From Klebsormidium nitens (lineage: Eukaryota > Plantae > Klebsormidiophyceae), in assembly GCA_000708835.1 (NCBI GenBank), contig DF236962.1:372001-436000 (forward strand): a stretch of DNA of 64,000 bases. The letters are read 5' to 3'. Positions within the stretch are counted from its first letter, which is position 1. Each line of letters starts with the position of its first letter. Positions 49,101 to 60,358 of this stretch are shown here, in pieces. A program made the position numbers and the translations under genes. The notes below the pieces were generated by a model. The model was not told where the DNA came from. It saw only the letters and a program-made list of their open reading frames with translations, and made no database searches.

Positions 49101-52100
49101 TTCGTGCCAGTACTTCGGTCGCGAAGCCTCACAAACTCTACGTGATTGCTGACGAATGTTCTCGATATCTTACTCTAGGTGGGACTCGGAGGAGCGCGCT
49201 TCGGCGGACCCGTTGGACGAGGAACCGGCGATCCGGGCGGCTTTACACTCCCCTGTGCAAGCGACGATGACGGAACTCCTCGGAATGGAGGACCCCCCAG
49301 AGGGAGCGTTTGAGGATGCGCTAGCCGGGGAAGGCCACGTGACCGAGAAGGGCAGCTTAGACGAGGCGCTGTTACCCCCCGGAAAGGAAGAAGAGGGATC
49401 AGATCCGGCAGGGTGGGATGTCGTTCGGTCGCCGGACGACGAGACGGAGAGCCCCGAAAAGGAGAAGAAGCGGCGACGGGGGTCCAAGAAACGCGCGAAG
49501 CCGATGCAGCCGCCGCTCAAAGTGTCGGCGGACGTCCTCCGGAAGCCGGAACTCCAGCTTTCCGTTCCGGAGTTCTCGGCGGAAAAGGCGGACGCGGAGA
49601 CGGCGCAGTGCGACTGCATCGGCGCGACGGCGGGGGTACACAACGGGGACTGCCAGTTCAGGAGCCCGGTCGGCAAGCCCCCCCAGAGCAGCGCGGCGCA
49701 CATCCTCGCGTCCGGGGGGAGTGCGGCGAAACCAGAACCGGCAAAACCGAAGGCCCCCTTGGCGGCAGGACTCAGCCGCTTGATCGTCGCCTTCGCAGCC
49801 GGGTTGAACTCGACCCCGCCCCCCCTCCCCCCAATGCAGCCGCTCCGAGAGCCCGGTCGAAAGCCCCGGGGGCGGACCGGAAAGCTCCGGCCGGCGGCCG
49901 CTGTCCCCGACCCCCCCCCTGCGGTGCCCGGGCTCCAGCAAGGCCTCCCCGCGCTCATGGGAATGCTCCGGAGCACCAGCTTGGAGTCCCAAGAGTTTGG
50001 CTGCCTGACGGTCGCACTGTTAGCGGTTCAGGGGGGGGACGCCGCCAAGCGGAACATGGTCGAGGGGGGTATCGTGCCCGCCCTGATTTCGATCGTGCGC
50101 AGCGCGGAAGCCGGCCGCGTCTCGCAGCTTCTACGAGGGGGGGGCTTCTTCCCGCTTGCTGGGAAGGGGGGCCAGGTTCCGGGCCAGTCCGCTCTGGGCG
50201 GGGGGACGACCGTCAACGGAAGGCCGCGGAAGCGGCGGAACGCCTTCACGAACGTTGGCGCGGACGGCTTCTCTCGCCCCCCACCGGAAGGCACCTCCCC
50301 CGCCCCCGCCCGGTTACTCGGCCCTGATCTACTCCCCCCGTCCACAAATTACCAGGGCGGGGGAGGCTTCCAACCTGCTACGGGGGGGTTCTCAGGCCCG
50401 GACCTCCTTCCCCCCGGGACGCACACCTTGCAGCAGAGCCTTGGACCGCCCAGCGCGGCAGCCGCGGCGGCGCGCCACATCGGCCTGGATCTGCTTCCCC
50501 CCGGAACGAGTGTGACGCAGTTTGGGCCGTCGGGAGTGCGCTACCGCCTGCCGGTGAACGCCATGCTGAACCGAAACGGGGGGGTGAAAAAGGCGGAGCA
50601 TCACCCCGGGGGCCCGAACGTGCCCGGTAGAATGCTTCCGGGGGGTAAGCTTTTGAAGCCGAAAGCGGAGCCGACGGTTCGGGAGGCGGGGGTGGGAACC
50701 GGGGCGTTCTTTCCGGTGGCCGGGGATGCGAAGAGACGGGTCGGGCCTATTCACCTAGTAAGCAAGCAACCGGTACAAAGCCCCGGCTGGACTTCCAGCC
50801 AACCGCAGTCTATCGAGGGCACAGCGCAAGCAAGGGGAAGTGCCCCGAGCGAGAACGGCGTTGGGCCTAACGGAACGCAAAGTGAGCGTTCGCGCTCCCC
50901 CGAGCAGTCGCAGATTGTTCAAAGCAACCCGGGTTCTTTGACAGGGGCAGATCCGGCGCCTCTGACAGAGAGTGCGGAAGTAAAGGTGCCAAACGCGGCC
51001 GAAGTTGTAGATTTGACGAAGGAAGCGGCGGCTACAGATGAAAACTCGGAAAAGAAGACAGGATCTGATCAAATCGTTGCGGCGGCAACGATCGAGGCGT
51101 CGCCCGGAGTGGAAAACGGGGAAGTGTCTGAACAGCCCACAGCAGCTTTAAGAGACGGTGCAGGGGTCGGTGAACAGCCGACAGAAGGTACTAACGTTAG
51201 ATCGACGGTAGCACAGAGCACTGCTTCGGACAGCGGAGTCTCTCAGCCTGCAAATGCCCCCGTTGCACGGCCCGAGGTCGCAAGTGAGCTTCTACCTGAA
51301 GCGTCGACTGCCGGAGAAAAAGCGGAACTAGAACGGAGCGCGGTGAAGACGGACATAGAGACAGATGGTTCGGAGAGCTCACAACAGCAGACAGCAGAGA
51401 AGCCGACAAACGGAATAAGCGCACAAGGAAGTGCGCAAACAACGGGGACTGTGGCTGATGCGGAAGGACTGACAGCACAGCAAGCGACGGTCGAAGGGAC
51501 AGTCCCCGAAACGGAAGTCGAGACGGTACCGGAATCTGCAAAGGAGAGCGCAATTCCCGAGCGAGAAGGTGATGTTGAGGAAAACATAGCGGCCTCCAAT
51601 GAAGCCTCGACGGGCCCCGATGACGTCACAGCCCCTCAGAATGACGTCGAGTTGAGAGAACCTTCAAACCCTTCCGAAGAGATCACAGCGGCCGTTGATC
51701 CCGCCCCGGCCGCAACAGATCAAATCACGGCAGCCGTCGATCAGGCTGCGGCGCCAGACCCTGCAGGGGAGTCCCCGTCAGCCCCCCCGTCAAACCTTCC
51801 GTCGAATACCGCCGTCTCGAGCGGCTCCGATGCCGTCCCGGCATGGGACGGCTCTCAGTCTTTGATCCCCCGGGCGCTTTCCACCAACGCCTTTTCTCAG
51901 GCTCTTGCCAGCGCGTCAGAGTCCCCTCCGGAGTCCCCTGACAAAGCAAACCCGAGACACCTGGCGGCGCTCGCACGCATCGCGGCCGCCAATGCGCTCT
52001 CGACCCTGTGCGTCGGCAACCCCGCGGGAAAGGACGCCGCGGTCCGCGCCGGGGGGGTCCAGGCGCTCGCAATCATGGCCGCGCTCGCGCAGGGCGAGGC

Positions 52101-55100
52101 GTCGTCCAATACGCCGTCCGAAAAGCCGCGCGAGTCGTCCGAAACGCGCGCGGAAGCGTCCGAATTGCTCGCGGAGGCGTCCGATCTCAGCGAGAAGGCG
52201 TCCGAACGCGCGATAGAGGCGTCCGAAAGGCGACCGAACGCGTCCGGAAGACGGCCTGAGTCGAAGCGCGCGCGAGGCGCGCGAAACGCGGAGCGCGCGG
52301 CCGCCCTTAGTGCGCTCACGAGCTTAGCGCTGTCGGACGGCCCGCAGAAGCAAAGGATGTCGTCTGCGACGGCGGTGCCGTGGGTGGCAAAAATGATGGA
52401 GGGAGCGGACGCTCTAGAGGTTGCCGCGGGGGCAGGAGGACTGCAGGTAAGCCTTCCGAGTTTCTCGGCGATGCTCCTTTCTGCAAATTGTCGTCTCTAT
52501 CCACAGGCGTCTGGGCATTGTCCAGATTGTTGCTGACAAGAAAAAGACCCGTTGGGTCAGGGCCTCAACAAAATGTCCTTCTGTGTTGGCATGTCTTGTC
52601 ACTTGTCTTGCAAATTAGAATCTTATATGCAAGTACTAGCTAGTGCCTTGACGTCAAGAGCAAACTTCGAATATGTAGCTTCTTCAACGAGATTCATCGC
52701 AGAGCCTTTATTCTCTGAACGCGTGAGGTGTTGTTAGCATCTTTGTCGTCTCGTTAAAGCTCTTCTGCTCTGCTTCTTTGACTTCACTTGCTGTTCATTT
52801 CCCAGCACTTCTTTACCTCCACTGAAATCCATCCTTCGTTTATACTTCTTGACGGCTGAACTTGCAAAGGAGCAAAGAAGACATGTAGAACCGCTGTTCG
52901 GCTTTGCCTTTAAATTAATGCTCCCCATCTTGCAGTCGATTGCGGCGAGCCTAGACTTGGAAAAGATGGACGAACCCGCCGTTTCCCAAGACGCCAAAGT
53001 TTCCGCTGCCAAGCACATGCCTCTCGAGCTCGCCTTCACTCTGATGGAGCTCATCGCGGGGGGGGCTCCCGAGACCAGAAGCGCCGCGATCCAAGCGCTC
53101 GCGTCGTTCCTGATCGTGCGCCAAGATTTGGCCTCCAAGCTGGGAGGGTTTGGGGGTTTGGGCGGCGCGTACTTCGGCCTCCACGAGCAGCTGCGCCAGG
53201 CGGGGCGCGCGGGCGCGCGCGCGCTCCTGTCGCTCCTGGGCACGCGCTCGGACGCCGCGGTGCGCGAGTCGGCGGTGGCGGCGGTCGCGGCCGCGGCCGC
53301 GGGCTCGCGGCGACTGTTGGGCTGGTTGGAGGAGGAAGGGGTCGCCCCTGCACTGATGGGCATTTTCCGAAGCGGGGGCGATGAGTTGATGCGCGCGCTG
53401 GTTCTTGCGGCGGCGTTCAATGTGGGCGCGCTTAAGGGGAAGCTTACCGGGATGGGCGGGGAGGACGTCCGGTCTCTGGTGGAGTACTTGAAGACGGAAC
53501 CGGAAACTCCGGAAGGGGTTCCTGAGGACGTTGTGGCTAAAGTGGAGGTTGGGGCGGGGACGATTGGAGGGGAGTCCAAGGAGAAAGAGCAGGAGCGAAA
53601 GGAAGGAGCTGGGGTGAAACTAGAGATGGTGGAAAGTGGCTTGGGGCAAGAGGCGGAAAAGCTGGTTGCTTCAACCGAGTCAAGGAATGACGCAAAAGCG
53701 GATGGGGTCGATTCAGCAGAAGCGGTTGGTGTTTCGGATGGTGAGCGGACTCGGGGGGTGAGAAACGCAGACGGGGCGGGCGTAGAAGAAGGGGAGAAGG
53801 GGAATACTTTGAACGGGCCGGAACCGACGGAGAAAAGTGGGGACGCAAGCGTCGAAGCTACGGTCTCAAGCGTGGAGCAAAGAAGCGAGGTTATGGACAA
53901 GGGGAAAAACGCGCCTCCAGAAACGGTCGCAGCAGAATCGATAGAGTGCGCTGCAACGGATCCGGGGGCGGCTTCTCCCGCCAGTCCCGAAGTTTCAGAA
54001 GCGAAAGGCGAGGAGGCGTCAGTCGTGGAGCCGCCACGTGTCGCCTCTCCAGAATCGAAGGGCGAGGAGGCGTCAGTGGTGGAGCCGACACATGTCGCCC
54101 CTACACTGAAGACATGTAAAGTCGAACCAGAAGATGGAGCGCTCAACCCGCCGGAGAGTGCGACGCCTTCTGATCCGACTTCACCACAAGCGGAGAAGCA
54201 TTCTGATCTTGTTGCGGAAAGCGGCCACGTGGCAAGCCCTTCGTCCGACGCCGCGGGACCTTCCGATGAAACACCTAGGGAACCGCCAGTAGCCGCAGAA
54301 ATGACGTCAGCAACGGGAGCAACGAGTGCCTCTGCCGAACAGCCAGCCGCATTGGAACTGGATGAAGCGAAGGAGGTCGTTCCTGCAACGAATGACGTCA
54401 CCGCCGTGGTGGCTCGTCCGGAAGCACACGTGGCAGCCGTCGAGGAGGCCCACGTGGCTCCGAGCCCCAAACCCCCAAACCCCGCGACGCCCTACGACCA
54501 CGCGGCCGGCGTACTCGTTTACGCGGCGCTCGGGTGCGACGCCAACGGGCACCTTGCGCTGGTCGGCGCCGGGGGGATCCCCCTCATCATGAAAGTCCTA
54601 ACCAAAAAGGGTTGGGGTTTGGATGGGCCCGCTAGAGAGGCGGCCGCCGCGGCGCTAATGATGCTGGCGGCGTCGAGCGAACAGACTTCCCGGGAAATCC
54701 GGGCGGCCGGGGGAGTGGCGCCGTTGGTGAAGATTTTGGGAGCGCAGGCGGGGGGGAGCGTAACCGGGGGAAAGGTGTGGGGGGAGAAAGAGGCGGCTGC
54801 GGCGGCGTTGGTTGTGCTCGCTGGTGAGAACTGTTCCACTGCAGCTGCACTAGTTTACTACTGGATTTTACTCTGGCAACCCTTGTTTGATCTTAGACGC
54901 GTGTGACTAAGATAGGCGCCCGGGAGACGGGTGGGGTAGGTAGGGTAGATTGGGGTGCGGAGCATGTGATGATCTTGGTTGGGGTTTTGAGTCTGTGTGC
55001 CTGGGTAGCTTGAATGTTAATCCACTTAGGTATCACGAGAGTTGCCAGTATCTGTTTTTCATTGTTCTACTGCGCGTTCAGCTTCTGTACTGTTGTGTAC

Positions 55101-58100
55101 TGCTGTAGCCAGTGGTGTGCCAGGCGTTCCAGGCCATTGTTGCTGGTGCTGCTAACTTGATGAAGTCCAAGAAAGCAGAGCATAGTACACTGAACTCTTT
55201 CCGCCACGGGCGCAAAACACGCTTCTCTTTGTTGGCTTGCTTGCTTGTCTACTTTCCCCATGGCGCTCCGATCGTACCTGTCACGTCGTTAGCATGGAGC
55301 AATCTTGAAGCGAACACGCAGACCCTCTCTTGTTTTGGCGGTGTTCGTGAAACCAATCAACTTTTTCTATGGATTGCTTTCTTGGCCGAAGCATTACACC
55401 TTACTCTGCTTTTGAAACCTTCCTTCCATTGGCAGGTGGACGATTTGCTGTGGGTTGTGCTATCGAGGAAACTTCTCAAAACGACGTTTCTCGAGATCCT
55501 CGTACACTGCCAAAATCAAAATATTCGGTCAATCTTACAAAGTTAGAGTCTCAAATTCTAGCTCCTTGAATTGACATTTTGTCGCAACAGGTCGCTGTGA
55601 AGAGGGACGCAACGCCTTGATACGCGCCGGGGGCGTCCGCGCCCTTGTCGCCGCCCTTCAGTGCTCGGAACCCGGGCCAATTCCCCCGGGCACCCCGACG
55701 CCTTCCGTTCCGCCCGGGGGGCTCTCCCCGACCGGAACCGCGGCCATCGCCCAGCTTTTGAGCACCCTGGCAGTGCACCACCCCGAGGCCCGATCGCAGA
55801 TGGCGTCACTGGGCGTCCTCCGACCGCTCGTCGACGTTCTGATGGGCGGGAGACGATCCCCCGGAGGGAAAGAAGAGGAGCCCGGAACGATCGCCCAGGA
55901 GGCCGCTGCGGCCGCGCTCGCGAACATCGTCCAGGGGGATCCCGCGAGCGCGCGCGAGGTCGTGGGCGCCGGCGCGATCGCGCCGCTCGTGCGCGCGCTC
56001 GAGGGCGGCGGCGAAGCCGCCGCGCGAGCGCGCGGTGCGGCTGCGGCCGCGCCAAACCCGGGCGGGCAGCTCGCGGCGATGACGGCGCTCGCGAGCCTGG
56101 TTCGCACGNNNNNNNNNNNNNNNNNNNNNNNNNNNNNNNNNNNNNNNNNNNNNNNNNNNNNNNNNNNNNNNNNNNNNNNNNNNNNNNNNNNNNNNNNNNN
56201 NNNNNNNNNNNNNNNNNNNNNNNNNNNNNNNNNNNNNNNNNNNNNNNNNNNNNNNNNNNNNNNNNNNNNNNNNNNNNNNNNNNNNNNNNNNNNNNNNNNN
56301 NNNNNNNNNNNNNNNNNNNNNNNNNNNNNNNNNNNNNNNNNNNNNNNNNNNNNNNNNNNNNNNNNNNNNNNNNNNNNNNNNNNNNNNNNNNNNNNNNNNN
56401 NNNNNNNNNNNNNNNNNNNNNNNNNNNNNNNNNNNNNNNNNNNNNNNNNNNNNNNNNNNNNNNNNNNNNNNNNNNNNNNNNNNNNNNNNNNNNNNNNNNN
56501 NNNNNNNNNNNNNNNNNNNNNNNNNNNNNNNNNNNNNNNNNNNNNNNNNCCGGTTGATGGCCCTGGTAGCCCCCCCGGGGCAGATGCGGCAGATGAAAGA
56601 GACGGCGGCGCTGGTGCTTACGGAGCTCGCAACGGAGGACGGGGAACTGCAGGAGACGGTCGGGGGGTCGGGCACGATCGCGGTGCTCGTGGGGATGCTG
56701 AACGGGCCGGGGAAGGGGAAGCTCGCGGCAGCAAGTGAGTGGATATGGAACATGGTTACGATGTGCACTTAGAAACTAACAGGGATTGAAGGCATGGTTG
56801 CTTGAACTAAAGAGATAAGAGCACGCATTGATTCTTGACCAATTGGTTGCTTGACCGTGCTAGTCCCGTCCGTGTCTCTCTGATGCTCTGGGGCTTCTCT
56901 GAACTTGTGCATCGCCGAAAGTCATCAAATCCTCAAGATATTACAGGAGCAGAGAGTCCAGTAGACGCGAAGAGTGTCTCTTTAAGCCTCCGGATCGTGG
57001 TTCGTGTCGATCATGTTGCACCTTAACCAAGCGGGAGAAGACTTGCAAAGTACGAGCCGCCAAGTATGGGCACGGATCCACTTAAAGGGGCCTCGCGGCT
57101 TGATAAGAAATGCTCGCCAGAGCACCCAAGAAAAACACGTCAACTCGACCAATTTATTTTGCATGAGCGCCACGTTCTAAGGAGCTCAACGTCCCAACCC
57201 TTTTTGCAGGGGCGCTGTCTATCCTGACCTCTCGGAGCGAAGCCAACAAGCACCGCGCGCGCAACGCCGGCGCTGACGTCAGCGTCCTTAGCACCCTCAA
57301 GTTCCCCGGGCAGACGGAGCCGCCAGGGGCATCCCCCGAGAAGCTCGCCAAGACGGGGCCACAGCCCCCGGGGGGCCGGCCGACTTATCAGGGGGCGCGT
57401 CAGCCGCTCACGCAAGTGCCTGGGGGAGCCCCCCGGGCAGTCAACGGCCCGGGCAAATTTTCGGGGGGGAGGATGATCAGCGGTTTTGGGGGGTGGGGCA
57501 GAACCAGGCGCCGAGGGGCCCGCAGAGCGTGCGCCAGGTGGGGGTCGGGGGGGGTAACTTTGGCCCGGGACATTACCCCGGGCAGATGGCCGGGGGAAGG
57601 GGCCCCATTGTGCATCATATCCGGGTGCCCCAACCACGCGCCCCTCAGTACTACCGACCGGCTTATACGGTAGCACCGGCGACGAAGGCCGTCCCTCAGC
57701 GGCCTCCGAGCGCATTCCCACCATCGGTCATTTACACCCGGGCGCCCGTCCAGCGCCCGGTAGGAGTTGCCGGGCAGTCCTACGCGGCTCCCGCGCAACA
57801 AAACGTGGTGCGAACGCTTTGCGCCGGGGGTGAAATCGGCAAACGGGCCAGGGCGCCCGCCTGGTGTGGAGATGAGTACGCAGGCGCAGTCGGTTCCGGT
57901 GCCAGAGGGCCGGAATCCGGCCGGAATGGGAAGCCAAACGCAACCGGCAACCGCCCAGGTCAAGGTTCCGGTGGCAGAGGTCGGGCTTCAGGTGTCCGCG
58001 CAGATTCCGCCTGGGGGGCCGACACAACCAACGGAAACCGGAGCTCAAGGTCATACCGTCCTGAATAGGGGTACTGTCAAAGGCCCTGCGGATCAAGCAG

Positions 58101-58966
58101 CGGTTACTGAGCGCCGTCCGATGGAGAGTGGTCCGAAAGCGACGGCTGAGATGGGCTGCCAGGGCCAGCCGTTGCCGGTGCAACCTAGACCGGTCGCCAC
58201 TGAACTGTCTGAGTGGTCGAAGGTACAGATGAAGGTAGTTGCTGACGTACAACCTAAGCCCTTAGTGGCGATCGAAACGGTACCCAAAGCCACACCGGCT
58301 GTGACCGAACCCCCGAAACCGGCGGTTAACCAGTCCCCAGCAACTAACCCGGCCCCTGACCCAGTTACTCATGAGATCAGTCGCCCTTCACCGATGCCTA
58401 ACATGGAAGAGAATCTTGCTAATCGGCAGGAGCCGACAAAAGCTTTCCCAGACGAAGCCGCCCGCGCGCCTGCCACGTCAGCGGACGTGGACGGGGCGCC
58501 CAGGATGACGTCAGCGGCCCGCGCGGGTTCGGATCTGAGCCTCCAGATGCTGGCGGAAGTCACTGCGGCAGCGGAAGCGGAACGAGAACTAGAACGGACT
58601 CAATCAGAGGTAAAGCTCGGTTCCACAATTTCGGGGGGGACAAAACGGGCGCGTGGGGAGGCGGGCGCAAGGCCGCCGCTTGCCGAGGGAACGAGTTCCG
58701 GCGGTGCGCAGCAGCGGACTCCGGTGGAGTCGGACGGGCTCCCGCGGCCACCCAAGAAGCCGCGGACGGGCATGCACCGGACGCCGTCCAAGCTGGTGGC
58801 GGAACGCTTTCCGAGTTTTGCGGAAGACGCAAAAGAGCAGCAAGGCCAACTGAGGGGGGGGAGTCCCGGCTCGGATGAAGCGGAGCGGAAAGACAGGGGC
58901 AACGAAACGGCGTCGGAACGAGGTCGCCGCACGAGACTCCGTGGGCCTCCTCAGAGGCTCGGTTAG
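43135..58966 (+). CDS. Giant armadillo (ARM)-repeat protein (~3,500 aa) with long low-complexity inserts; exons 43135-43284, 44279-45028, 45567-45768, 46319-46413, 46959-47087, 47377-~47490/47553, 47966-48807, 49179-52446, 52936-54823, 55591-[gap]-56734, ~57210-58966
   Basis: At least 14 ARM consensus starts (AGAIPPLVDVL, AGAIPPLVNLL, YGAIPFLIRMV, AGGVEALSELL, GGIVPALISIV, AGGVQALAIMA, AGGIPLIMKVL, AGGVAPLVKIL, AGGVRALVAAL, LGVLRPLVDVL, AGAIAPLVRAL, SGTIAVLVGML and others). Frame-compatible GT-AG joins. The last exon needs two indels. A split into two genes cannot be excluded. Confidence 0.75.
54004..54102 (+). repeat. In-frame 54-bp tandem duplication in the ARM gene (KGEEASVVEP..VA x2)
   Basis: Copies start at 54004 and 54058. 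Confidence 0.85.
56109..56549. other. Assembly gap (441 N) within the ARM gene
   Basis: N run. The coding frames on either side differ, so the gap size is an estimate or hides an intron. Confidence 0.98.
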
Positions 58967-60358
58967 TGGGCCAAACGGCTGCTTGTTTCGTATTCAAAGA
59001 GAAACTGCGACAGTCTGGGAGTCAGCCTTCATAATGACCGTTCTGAGCATTTCCGACTACATGAGCGGGTTTCAAAACCACTGTATACTAGCAATATAAG
59101 TTAAAGCGACTTGATTAAATCAGCGCCGGGCCAAAGCTTGCAAAAGCGTTCATTTTTCGGGCCGCCATGCTGCAGTCTTTATGCATTTCGACAAACCTTC
59201 CTGCCACCACTATATACTGCTCCAAAGTATAACGATCGATGCAAATGGATTAGTACTACAGCGTGTAAGTGGCGACATGTTTTTATACAACGCCGCGGCG
59301 TCTTGCAAGACACCTAGGGCATCATTCTCCATGCAGCTTGATTGTCTGCACTACTCTTCAGAGCGCCTAGCTTGCACCGCATATCGGATGTAAATTGCGC
59401 TGCATTGACGCGATGGCAAGCGGCGCATCTGAGGAATCTATATCGTCGCTTGTGCTGGCATACAGTGCGCACTGATAGCCATGAACAATCTACAACTCAT
59501 GCCGCCGATCATGATGGCACACGGGTGCCTGCCTTTTCGTGTAGGAAAGAAGAGTTACACCGGACTCGGGAGACCGCGCGCCGCGCACGCTGGCAGATCG
59601 GACTCGGACCATGACAGCGTGACACATCCTAAATCAAATCAAACATGGTCGGAAGTCTACGTTCAGGATAAAGGGGCCGAAGTCCTGTTACCGGTGAATT
59701 CAATGAAATGATTCAAAGGAGCTTCAACCTTAAGGACCTAAGCGCAGTCAGGCGATGCGAACGGGTAGATTACAGCCAAAACCCCTCTCGGTGACAGGTC
59801 TCTGACACGGCGCTCGAACTAGTCATATGTTTGTGTAAAAGGCTTTTTTTATCCAGCCCCGATACTACAAATTGTAGCATACCGTCGCCTGACATACAGT
59901 ACACTACGCGGATTGCCTGTCCCACACTTCCTGATCCTGCCCTTACGGCATATAAGCTACTGCAAAATGCCTCTGTGGATCTGAGATACGCTCCCTGTGA
60001 TCTTGTCGCGCATCCGTACGTGTCGCGCTTAGGCAAGAACAGCTCCCACTACTGCAAGAAGTTGCCTTTTGATCTCTAGCTAAAAGTGCTGCCAAACGCA
60101 GCTAGCACAACCAAACTGCCAAAAGAGCTGCCGTCATTAAGTTAGCGACCCCAGTCGCAAAGCTGTCTACAGTCAACCCAGCTTAGTCTACAGTTGGAAT
60201 GCTGATCGTCTCCCACACTTTTCCGAGGCGGACCGCAGTGGTAGTCTGGGTATGTGCCCTATCCTTGCACGTCCCAAACTCGGCAGCCTCAGGTTACGGC
60301 ACCGAATTCCCACTGGCAACACGAGACCCTTCCGCATCAATCCAACCCACGCAAGCCC

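Noticed and set aside
52734-54470. 578-aa minus-strand ORF (also 47794-48663, 49170-49976, 57400-57963)
   Set aside because: Antisense shadows of GC-rich ARM exons; Ser/Ala/Pro-rich with no motifs, as expected opposite low-complexity coding DNA.
55617-56768. ORFs of 298-373 aa spanning the N run
   Set aside because: Artefacts of translating through Ns; only the flanks are real ARM coding sequence.
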